From positions 31,949-95,948 of the forward strand of contig QOQI01000002.1 of NCBI GenBank assembly GCA_003332035.1: a DNA stretch of 64,000 nucleotides. Direction: 5' to 3'. Under the pieces are notes generated by a model. That model made no database searches and was not told the DNA's origin. It saw nothing but the letters and a program-made list of their open reading frames with translations. Position numbers and translations under genes: made by a program. Shown in pieces: positions 1-8,327 of the stretch. Source of the DNA: Paracoccaceae bacterium (lineage in GTDB: Bacteria; Pseudomonadota; Alphaproteobacteria; Rhodobacterales; Rhodobacteraceae). The first letter of the stretch is position 1, and each line of letters begins with the position of its first letter.

Positions 1-2
1 GC

Positions 3-488
3 TGGTCTGCAATTTTTATTGGTTTTATCGGCGTCATGATCATATTGAAACCATCCAATAATGTGTTCTCTTTGGAGGCAATAATTCCTTTAGTTGCAGC
101 TCTTATGTTTGCTTTATACAGCCTCCTTACGAGGTATGCAGCCCGGCAAGACACTTCAATGACTTCATTTTTTTGGACTGGAATAATTGGAGCAGTTGTA
201 ATGTCGATTGTAGGAAGCGGTTATTGGATTGCTTTGAAACCTGTCGATTGGGCCTGGTTAGGTCTGCTTTGCATTCTTGCCTGTTTAGCACACTATTTAC
301 TTATAAAATGCTACGAGTTGTCAGAAGCAAGTTCACTGCAGCCTTTCGCTTATCTACAACTTCTCTTCGCAACAATTATTGGTCTTTGGATATTTAGTGA
401 AAAATTGGAGGTACATGTTGTAATGGGCGCATTTCTTGTGGTCCTCTCTGGTTTATTCGCTATTTGGCGAGAAAGGCAAAAAACCTGA
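3..488 (+). CDS. DMT/EamA family transporter (5'-partial)
   Basis: Frame is open from nt 3 (WSAIFIGFIGVMII...). Hydrophobic helices and an EamA-like 'SSLQPFAYLQLLFA' segment. Confidence 0.8.
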   Translation, partial: WSAIFIGFIGVMIILKPSNNVFSLEAIIPLVAALMFALYSLLTRYAARQDTSMTSFFWTGIIGAVVMSIVGSGYWIALKPVDWAWLGLLCILACLAHYLLIKCYELSEASSLQPFAYLQLLFATIIGLWIFSEKLEVHVVMGAFLVVLSGLFAIWRERQKT

Positions 489-2414
489 ACCTTTTAAGTA
501 AAAATAAAAAGAAGCGGGAGGCTCATTGTTCAGTCGAACTTTATAGTTTGGAAGACTTTCTGCAACTCGCATGACATAATTGCGTGTTTCTTCAAAAGGG
601 ATACTTTCAACCCACTGAACCAAATCAACTTTTGGATTTCGTGGATCTCCCATAAGCTGAATCCAACGGTCAGCACGAGATGGACCAGCATTATATGCGG
701 CTGCAATAAGAATTGGGTTTCCCTTATACCTTTCAGAAAGTTCTTCTAGATAGGCTATTCCAATCTTAGCATTATAATTCCAGTCTGATAGCATTCGCTC
801 AGATGAAAATTTAAGGCCAAGCCTTTTTGCAACTTCTTTAGCTGTCTTTGGCATTACTTGCATCATACCAAGCGCTCCAACTGGAGATGCAACTTTTGGA
901 TAAAATTCACTTTCTCGCCGCGCTATAGCCAATGTCATTTCTGGAGGAATTTTTTGTGGCATATCTGCCACAGGATGAAGTGCAAAATAAGGCCTTGGGA
1001 AAACCTTACTTTGACTTGCCGCTCTCTTTGCAACCATGACAAGTTCGTGGGGCTTTTGAATTTCCTCTAAAAAACTAACTAATCTTAATATATCGTCGTC
1101 AGATAAAGTCTCTGTTAGATGGGTAAGAAAGCGCTCAGCAAGCACTTCTTGATTTGCAGAAAATAATAGCAAAGCTGCTTTGAAGACTGAGCCAGTTGAA
1201 AAACTTGCCTCTACCCAGGATTTGGATTGAGGGGTATTTAGTGCTTCGATGTCTACTGTCCTTCCCACTTTTTCTGCTGCGAGTAAACCATAGTAGGTTT
1301 CCCAACGATCGGCTCCTATTTGATAAATTTGTTTTGCAACATCCATCTTGCCTTGCTTTTCATATGTTCTCCCTAGCCAATAGAAACCGCGGCCCAACGA
1401 AATTGGAGCATCTACCGATATTAAAAAATTCTTGAAATGTTTCAGAGCTTGCTCTGCATTATTCAACTTTTCTAATGCTAAATACCCAGAAAGCCATTCG
1501 AGAACGGCATAAGTATCACTTTCTTCAAGAAAGTGATTAGACGAAATCTTATAGGCCTTTTTATACTGCTTATTATACATCAGATCTCGAGCTAAAATTT
1601 CTCTTCTTTCAGCCCATTTTGAGGGCTGAGACAATTGCCTTGCTGATTTACTATAATTCTCTAAAACTTGCAGGGCAGATTCATTAAGATTATTTCTAAG
1701 GCGCCATTCAAAACGCGCATGCATCATAACGGGATGTTTCTTCCATTTAGATGGTAAGGAATTAATTTTTGCAGATACATTTTTTTTATTCGCATAGAGG
1801 GAAAAAATGGTATCAGCTACCGCCTTCTGAGTATCATTTAATAGAAAAGACATCGCGTTTAATGAGGCTTTATCTTTTTCCCATAAAAGAAACTCAAACC
1901 TATTATCTTTTAAAGGGAGCAAATTTGTTCGAAAATTTTCAAAAATCTCTAAAGTTGTACTCTTATCCATACTTTGATCAGCCCAAGCTGCTTGAGCAAC
2001 AAGACCGGCTTTAAATTTTTGCCCATCCCGCTTCAATGCAAGCGCATAAATTAAACTTCCCAATCCAGTTTGCGGTTTTCCCAACTCAAAAAATGCTAAA
2101 ATCTTATTATCCTGGGCATCATGGAAAGTTTTTTCAGATCTTTTCCTGAGATAAGGCAGCCCTGGCCAATCAGAATTTTTTTCCAAAAAACTTAAAGCCT
2201 GACCCGGTGTGCCCAAGCCTTCTCTTAAATAATGCCATAAAATAATAGAATGGCCCAAATTCCCATCTTTGTCAGACAGAAGGAAGGCTTTATGCCAGTC
2301 TTCATTTTCCATGGCTTTGAATGCTAGCTCTAAAGGCCTTACCGGCGCCTGAGCATCGACGGCAGTGCAAAACAAAAAAAGAAATAATGTAATATATCGC
2401 AACTTTGCTTGCAT
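453..2414 (-). CDS. Soluble lytic murein transglycosylase (Slt70-like)
   Basis: C-terminal SLT motifs (ARRESEF, GALGMMQVMP, AAYNAGP, ETRNYV). Signal peptide after MQAK; start trimmed from 2459. Confidence 0.9.
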   Translation of the reverse strand: MQAKLRYITLFLFLFCTAVDAQAPVRPLELAFKAMENEDWHKAFLLSDKDGNLGHSIILWHYLREGLGTPGQALSFLEKNSDWPGLPYLRKRSEKTFHDAQDNKILAFFELGKPQTGLGSLIYALALKRDGQKFKAGLVAQAAWADQSMDKSTTLEIFENFRTNLLPLKDNRFEFLLWEKDKASLNAMSFLLNDTQKAVADTIFSLYANKKNVSAKINSLPSKWKKHPVMMHARFEWRLRNNLNESALQVLENYSKSARQLSQPSKWAERREILARDLMYNKQYKKAYKISSNHFLEESDTYAVLEWLSGYLALEKLNNAEQALKHFKNFLISVDAPISLGRGFYWLGRTYEKQGKMDVAKQIYQIGADRWETYYGLLAAEKVGRTVDIEALNTPQSKSWVEASFSTGSVFKAALLLFSANQEVLAERFLTHLTETLSDDDILRLVSFLEEIQKPHELVMVAKRAASQSKVFPRPYFALHPVADMPQKIPPEMTLAIARRESEFYPKVASPVGALGMMQVMPKTAKEVAKRLGLKFSSERMLSDWNYNAKIGIAYLEELSERYKGNPILIAAAYNAGPSRADRWIQLMGDPRNPKVDLVQWVESIPFEETRNYVMRVAESLPNYKVRLNNEPPASFYFYLKGSGFLPFSPNSE

Positions 2415-2524
2415 TTTTGATCCAGAAGCTAAATACGGTACCCTAAGTCTACTGCGCATTTTAAGTTAAGCAATCTTGCTTTTATAAAATTATTAGTTTG
2501 CGCATCAGCTATGAGGAGTATTTC

Positions 2525-3394
2525 ATGTTTCAAGGATCATTACCAGCAATGGTCACGCCGTTTAATAATGGCGAAGTAGATGTGAATGAGCTAAAAAAAC
2601 TTGTAAATTGGCATATAGAGCAGGGCAGTCGCGGACTTGTGCCCGTTGGTACAACTGGCGAAAGTCCAACCCTAACACATGCTGAACATGAACAAGTAGT
2701 TAGCGAAGTTATCAATGAAGCGGATGGTAGAGTACCTGTTATTGCGGGTGCCGGCTCTAATAATACTGCAGAAGCAATTCGATTTGTAGAGCATGCTAAA
2801 AATGTGGGAGCAAGCGCTGCTCTGGTAGTTACTCCTTATTATAATAAACCAACTCAGGAAGGCTTGATAGCACACTTCACTGAGTTAGCAAAAATTGGGC
2901 TTCCAATAATCATCTATAATATTCCAGGTCGATCTGTCGTGGATATGTCACCTGAAACTATGGGTGAATTAGCAAAATTAAATGAGATCATAGGTGTAAA
3001 AGATGCCACAGGCGATTTAGCTAGAGTTTGTGATCAACGTTTGACCTGTGGCGCTGACTTTATACAACTGTCAGGCGAAGATGCGACAGCACATGGGTTT
3101 AATGCGCAAGGAGGTGTTGGCTGTATTTCTGTTACTGCAAATGTTGCTCCAGGGCTATGTTCAAGGATGCAGGAAGCAACCCTAGCAGGTGACTACTCCC
3201 TAGCTCTAAAGATCCAAGATAAATTAATGCCTTTGCATAAGGCTATTTTTACGGAACCTGGTCTAGTTGGTGCCAAATACGCAATGAGCCAATTAGGGCT
3301 ATGTAAAGATGAGGTGCGTCTTCCACTCACCCCACTCTCAGAACCTACCAAACAAAAAATTAATTCAGCACTTAAGCACGCAGATCTAATTTAA
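2525..3394 (+). CDS. dapA: 4-hydroxy-tetrahydrodipicolinate synthase
   Basis: GTTGES, YYNKP, YNIPGR and GVKDATG motifs. GAGGAG SD before ATG 2525. Confidence 0.97.
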   Translation: MFQGSLPAMVTPFNNGEVDVNELKKLVNWHIEQGSRGLVPVGTTGESPTLTHAEHEQVVSEVINEADGRVPVIAGAGSNNTAEAIRFVEHAKNVGASAALVVTPYYNKPTQEGLIAHFTELAKIGLPIIIYNIPGRSVVDMSPETMGELAKLNEIIGVKDATGDLARVCDQRLTCGADFIQLSGEDATAHGFNAQGGVGCISVTANVAPGLCSRMQEATLAGDYSLALKIQDKLMPLHKAIFTEPGLVGAKYAMSQLGLCKDEVRLPLTPLSEPTKQKINSALKHADLI

Positions 3395-3463
3395 TCAGAA
3401 TTATAGTAAATAGTTTCTTTATTTTAACTTGATTTTAAACGTAAAGACCGCAAATCTTTTACT

Positions 3464-3802
3464 ATGAATAAACTGACTCCATTTCCTGGTCGAAAATCGC
3501 TTCAAGTAATTTCATTTGATCGAAAAGAGTTAGCAGTTATATTATCTATCTATGGCAAAATGGTGGCTGCTGGTGAGTGGAGAGACTATGGCATTTCGGC
3601 ACTTAACGACGTGGCAGTATTTTCAATTTTTCGCAGAACAGCGGAAAATCCCCTTTATCGAATAGAAAAACGCCCAAAGTTACGAAATAAACAAGGTGAA
3701 TATGCGGTAATAGGCATGGATGGCCAAATTTTAAAAAGAGGCCATGATTTGAAAAAAGTAATACATATTTTAGAGCGTAAATTAATTAGAGCCGTCGTAT
3801 AA
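3464..3802 (+). CDS. DUF2794 family protein
   Basis: FDRKEL..IL.IYG.MVAAGEWRDY and PLYRIEK signatures recalled for this alphaproteobacterial family. Confidence 0.8.
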   Translation: MNKLTPFPGRKSLQVISFDRKELAVILSIYGKMVAAGEWRDYGISALNDVAVFSIFRRTAENPLYRIEKRPKLRNKQGEYAVIGMDGQILKRGHDLKKVIHILERKLIRAVV

Positions 3803-3869
3803 ATTCGCAGACAAAAGTATTGTAATGAAAACTTTGTGTTAAAAATAATACAAAATATAAAACTACTAC

Positions 3870-3897
3870 TAGACAAAGAACAAAACAAGAACATATT
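3870..3897 (+). promoter_or_regulatory. Candidate sigma70 promoter of dnaE2 (-35 TAGACA 3870-3875, -10 CATATT 3892-3897), possibly giving a leaderless mRNA
   Basis: Hexamers flank or overlap the LexA box. The predicted start site falls at or next to ATG 3905, which has no SD. Confidence 0.4.
3878..3892 (+). promoter_or_regulatory. LexA (SOS) box, alphaproteobacterial GAAC-N7-GAAC
   Basis: GAAC-aaaacaa-GAAC is an exact match to the GTTC-N7-GTTC consensus on the reverse strand. It lies 12 nt upstream of the dnaE2 ATG. Confidence 0.85.
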
Positions 3898-3904
3898 TAT
3901 TTGT

Positions 3905-6790
3905 ATGTTTGCTGAATTATCAATAATATCAAACTTTACATTTTTAACTGGGGCATCGCATCCTGAAGAATATATGATGCGCGCTGCACTTCTTGGCCTA
4001 CCGGCTATTGCGATAGCTGATGTCAATTCGGTTACAGGAATTGTGAGAGCATATAGTGCTGCACGGGATATAAAGCGCTTAGTAAAAGATCGTGAAAGTA
4101 AAAACTTAATAGGGCCTCCCCGACCCCAAAATATTAAAAAACCTCCCTCACTAAGTCTAGATACGGTACCGCGGTTGATACCTGGATCAAAATTCAAATT
4201 AATAGATGGATTTGAAATAACAGTGTTGCCTAAGTCACGAAAAGGTTGGGGCACATTATGCCGGTGCCTCTCTAAAGGTAGATTACGCAATAACAAAGGT
4301 TTATGTGATTTAATTATTGGTGAAATCACTGAAGAACTAGATGATGTAGTACTCCTTATTCATCCGCCAGAGGCTCCATGGAACGTGGAAAAATCAAAAC
4401 TGTGGTTAGAAAATAGCACCCTTCTCAAGGACAAATTTAATCAAGATGTTTATATAGTGTTAACACCAGAATATGATGGAATAGATCCTAAAAGATTCAA
4501 ACACGTCAGAAAACTATCCAAAATTATTAGATGTGATCTCATTGCTAGTGCACATCCAATTATGCACCATAGCAAACGCCGCAAACTAGCGGATGTTCTA
4601 ACAGCAATTCGTCTAGGTAAAAGTGTAGATCAGTTAGGAAAAAATGCACTACCAAATGCTGAAAGGCGCCTACGTTCATATACCGAAATACTTCGAATTT
4701 TTTCTAAGTACCCAGAAGCAATAAACAATACGATCCGCATTTTAGATAAATTACAGTTTTCGTTAGATGAACTAAGATATCAGTATCCCCTGGAAATAAA
4801 AAATGGGGAAACACCACAAAAACGTTTAAAAAGATTAGCTATTGAGGGACTAAATTGGAGATATCCTTCGGGAGCACCCAAAAAAGTACAATCCATGCTA
4901 AATCACGAGCTAAAGCTTATAGGAAAATTAAAATATGAACCTTACTTCCTAACTGTCCATGATATCGTTACTTTTGCACGGAGCCGTAAAATTTTATGTC
5001 AAGGTAGGGGTTCTGCAGCAAACTCAGTTGTTTGCTACTGCCTTGGAGTCACATCAGTCAGCCCAGAAATTGGAACAATGGTTTTCGAGAGATTTGTTTC
5101 TGAAGCACGCGACGAACCCCCTGATATCGATGTTGATTTTGAGCACGAACGTAGAGAAGAAGTTATACAGTACATTTACAATCGCTATGGCCGACATCGC
5201 GCTGGCCTTTGTTCAACAGTTATTCATTACAGAGGCAAACGCGCCATTCGAGAGGTTGGTACTGCAATGGGCCTCAGTAAAGATACAGTCAGTGCCTTAT
5301 CGTCCCAGCTATGGGGATTTTTCAGTACAAAAAAGTTAGAGGAAAAACGTATACGTGAGATTGGTTTGAATCCGTCAGATCGTCACTTAAGTCTTACACT
5401 TAAAATTATTGACGAAATTATTGGTTTCCCAAGGCATTTGAGCCAGCATGTCGGTGGTTTTGTAATAACTGAAGGACGCTTGGATGAGTTAGTACCAATT
5501 GAGAATGCCTCAATGCAAGAACGAACTGTCATAGCTTGGGATAAAGATGATATTGATACCCTCGGTATATTAAAAGTAGATATCCTTTCATTAGGCATGC
5601 TGACTTGCATCAGAAAAAGCTTCGACATGATTCAACAATATTTTGGTGATGATTATACCTTAGCAAATCTACCCGCCGAAGATCCCAAAGTTTATGATAT
5701 GTTATGCCGCGCTGATAGTATTGGTGTTTTCCAAGTGGAAAGCCGTGCTCAAATGAATTTCTTACCTAGAATGAGCCCTCGCTGCTTTTATGATCTTGTT
5801 ATTCAAGTTGCAATTGTGCGGCCAGGACCAATTCAAGGCGACATGGTACACCCTTACATTAGGCGCCGGAATGGTGAGGAGATTGTTAATTTTCCATCAG
5901 ATGCACTTGGAGAAGTACTAGGTAAAACTCTTGGTGTTCCTCTTTTCCAGGAGCAAGCAATGCAAATTGCAATTATAGGCGCTAATTTCAGCCCTGAAGA
6001 AGCTGACCGCTTAAGAAGAGCGCTAGCAACTTTCAAAAAGCACGGGAATATCAGTGAATTCTTTAACAGATTTATTAGTGGTATGCTCAAAAATGGGTAT
6101 GATGCAAATTTTGCAAAGCGATGTTTTTCTCAAATTGAAGGTTTTGGCTCATATGGTTTTCCTGAAAGTCATGCTGCTAGCTTTGCACTATTGGTATATG
6201 CAAGTGCGTGGATTAAATTTCATTATCCACAAATATTTGTATGTGCCCTACTTAACTCTCAACCCATGGGATTTTATGCACCCGCACAGATTATCAGGGA
6301 TGCAAGAGAACATAATGTAACTATAAACCCCATATGCATAAATCATAGTCTCTGGGACAACACACTTGAACCTGACGGGTGTGGAGGTCACGCTGTCAGA
6401 CTTGGTTTCAGACAAATCAAAAGAGTGAAAGAAGAGGATGCAATCTGGATCATTGCAAGCCGCGGAAATGGATATTCTTCAATTCATGATGTTTGGCGCC
6501 GTGCGGGTGTATCACCAAATTTATTAGCTTATCTTGCGGAAGCAGATGTTTTTTTTACTCTTGGATACTCTCGCCGGGAAGCCCTATGGGAGGCAAAATC
6601 TATAAATTCGTGTAAACCTCTCCCCTTATTTTCAAACGACCTTGGTAATGAATTTATAGATGAACCCGTTGCCAATTTACCAATTATGACAACTGGTGAG
6701 GAAGTTATTGAAGATTATGCTGCGCTCCGGTTCAGTCTTCGCGCACATCCTGTTGCTTTATTACGCCCCTATCTTACGCCAATTCACTGA
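3905..6790 (+). CDS. dnaE2: Error-prone DNA polymerase DnaE2/ImuC, C-terminally shortened (961 aa)
   Basis: PHP start FAEL..SNFTFL.GASHPEE; CQGRGSAANS; catalytic PPDIDVDFE and KVDIL; GFPESHAASFA; LLNSQPMGFYAP. Ends just after SLRAHPVALLR. Confidence 0.9.
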   Translation: MFAELSIISNFTFLTGASHPEEYMMRAALLGLPAIAIADVNSVTGIVRAYSAARDIKRLVKDRESKNLIGPPRPQNIKKPPSLSLDTVPRLIPGSKFKLIDGFEITVLPKSRKGWGTLCRCLSKGRLRNNKGLCDLIIGEITEELDDVVLLIHPPEAPWNVEKSKLWLENSTLLKDKFNQDVYIVLTPEYDGIDPKRFKHVRKLSKIIRCDLIASAHPIMHHSKRRKLADVLTAIRLGKSVDQLGKNALPNAERRLRSYTEILRIFSKYPEAINNTIRILDKLQFSLDELRYQYPLEIKNGETPQKRLKRLAIEGLNWRYPSGAPKKVQSMLNHELKLIGKLKYEPYFLTVHDIVTFARSRKILCQGRGSAANSVVCYCLGVTSVSPEIGTMVFERFVSEARDEPPDIDVDFEHERREEVIQYIYNRYGRHRAGLCSTVIHYRGKRAIREVGTAMGLSKDTVSALSSQLWGFFSTKKLEEKRIREIGLNPSDRHLSLTLKIIDEIIGFPRHLSQHVGGFVITEGRLDELVPIENASMQERTVIAWDKDDIDTLGILKVDILSLGMLTCIRKSFDMIQQYFGDDYTLANLPAEDPKVYDMLCRADSIGVFQVESRAQMNFLPRMSPRCFYDLVIQVAIVRPGPIQGDMVHPYIRRRNGEEIVNFPSDALGEVLGKTLGVPLFQEQAMQIAIIGANFSPEEADRLRRALATFKKHGNISEFFNRFISGMLKNGYDANFAKRCFSQIEGFGSYGFPESHAASFALLVYASAWIKFHYPQIFVCALLNSQPMGFYAPAQIIRDAREHNVTINPICINHSLWDNTLEPDGCGGHAVRLGFRQIKRVKEEDAIWIIASRGNGYSSIHDVWRRAGVSPNLLAYLAEADVFFTLGYSRREALWEAKSINSCKPLPLFSNDLGNEFIDEPVANLPIMTTGEEVIEDYAALRFSLRAHPVALLRPYLTPIH

Positions 6791-6811
6791 GATGATAATT
6801 AACCTAGCAAA

Positions 6812-7462
6812 CTAAAATGGAGCTTTTGATCGAAAAGACATACCCCTTCCACTCTCAGGATGATTTAGCCTTAATTCTTCTGAATGAAGCATCAATCTGT
6901 CATAGTTAAGCGCTTCTCCATCTGCATATAAAGGATCGCCTAAAATCACGTGCCCCATAGCCATACAATGCAAACGTAGTTGATGCGATCTACCCGTCTT
7001 AGGATTTAATTTCAAACGACTTTCTTTTTGATCAGCGCGAACGCGACGCCAGTTTGTTATTGCCGGCTTGCCAGTCTCATAGCAAACTTTCTGCAATGGA
7101 CGATTGGGCCAATCGACAATTATTGGCTTTTCAATTATTCCATATTTTTCAAATACTTGCCCCCAAACACGAGCAACGTAAGTCTTTTTAATCAGTCTCT
7201 TTTCAAACTGCATAGACAGTTGTCTCTGCGAATGTTTGTTCATGGCAAAAACAATTAACCCTGAAGTATCACAATCCAAACGGTGAACCAATAGCCCCAT
7301 TGGGAAGACTTCCTGTATTCTTTTGAGCAAACAGTCTTGTAAATCTAGACCACGACCAGGAACCGACAGCAAACCTTCTGGCTTATTTACAACCAAAATA
7401 TCGGAATCTTCATAAATTATATCTAGCGGTGTAGCTGGAGGAGAGTATTTTCGCTGCTTCAT
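6812..7462 (-). CDS. rluA: RluA-family pseudouridine synthase
   Basis: VNKPEGLLSVPG, HRLDCDTSG and TGRSHQLR motifs. Confidence 0.85.
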   Translation of the reverse strand: MKQRKYSPPATPLDIIYEDSDILVVNKPEGLLSVPGRGLDLQDCLLKRIQEVFPMGLLVHRLDCDTSGLIVFAMNKHSQRQLSMQFEKRLIKKTYVARVWGQVFEKYGIIEKPIIVDWPNRPLQKVCYETGKPAITNWRRVRADQKESRLKLNPKTGRSHQLRLHCMAMGHVILGDPLYADGEALNYDRLMLHSEELRLNHPESGRGMSFRSKAPF

Positions 7463-7607
7463 TTAAAATCCGGTACGAAATTTTAACCCAACACACAAGT
7501 CCAACCATTCAGTGTCAGTATTAGCAAGTATTTTTCATATTAAAAAAACTATATCACTTTCAATGAATTCAATAGATAATACATAAGATATTGAACTACA
7601 TCATTTA

Positions 7608-8231
7608 ATGCATAGCAGTTTATCAATGACCCTAGAAGATTGGATTATTTTTACAGGCTTTTGGGCACTCTTTGTTATAATGCCTGGACCAAATGCACTT
7701 AACTGTATCGCCATTGCAAGTGAATTTGGTTTTAGAAAAAGTCTAGTTTGTGTAGCCGCCATATTAGGCCAGGCAATACTTTTTTTAGCACTCACTATTC
7801 TCGGACTGTCGTCTATAATAATCAATACTCCCAAAACACTTATGATTTTGAAAATCATTGGGGTTATTTTTCTTATTTATATTGGAATTAGAGGCTTAAT
7901 AGATGCTGGGAAATACACCCAACCTAAATTTTCATTTCGGTCTTTATTTGTTAAATCATTTGCAATTGCGACAATAAACCCAAAGTCCCTCGCTGGATAC
8001 CTGGCTGCATTTACCATCGTCATAAACCCTGACGTCGCAATCAGAACACAGATGTGGGCAATTGTACCAACCGCTCTTACGATCACCTGTTTAAATTATA
8101 CAAGTTTCTGTGCTTTTGGAGCTTTTTTAAAAGATAAGGCAGTCACAGTGACACTAAATATTAAACTTCGTAGAATATTGTCACTTTGTTTTATTTTGTA
8201 TGGAGTAGTACTGGCATTTTTAACAATTTAA
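7608..8231 (+). CDS. LysE/RhtB family translocator
   Basis: PGPN and NPK motifs; about 6 TM helices. Confidence 0.85.
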   Translation: MHSSLSMTLEDWIIFTGFWALFVIMPGPNALNCIAIASEFGFRKSLVCVAAILGQAILFLALTILGLSSIIINTPKTLMILKIIGVIFLIYIGIRGLIDAGKYTQPKFSFRSLFVKSFAIATINPKSLAGYLAAFTIVINPDVAIRTQMWAIVPTALTITCLNYTSFCAFGAFLKDKAVTVTLNIKLRRILSLCFILYGVVLAFLTI

Positions 8232-8327
8232 AAAAATCCAATTAATCAGAGTTTTCATGTTTAAATATTTTAAAAGTGTAATAAAATTATTTTAAAATTG
8301 CTGTAAAATATCAGGGGAGATTATTTT

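Noticed and set aside
3655-4329. 224-aa minus-strand ORF and the other short antisense or nested ORFs in the track (e.g. 33610-34131, 41665-42111, 47021-47515)
   Set aside because: They are shadows of well-supported genes on the opposite strand, with no recognisable motifs.
3905-6790. dnaE2 as a pseudogene or as the replicative DnaE1
   Set aside because: No internal stops, intact catalytic motifs and an intact LexA box. The motifs are DnaE2-type, and no remnant of the missing C-terminus lies downstream.
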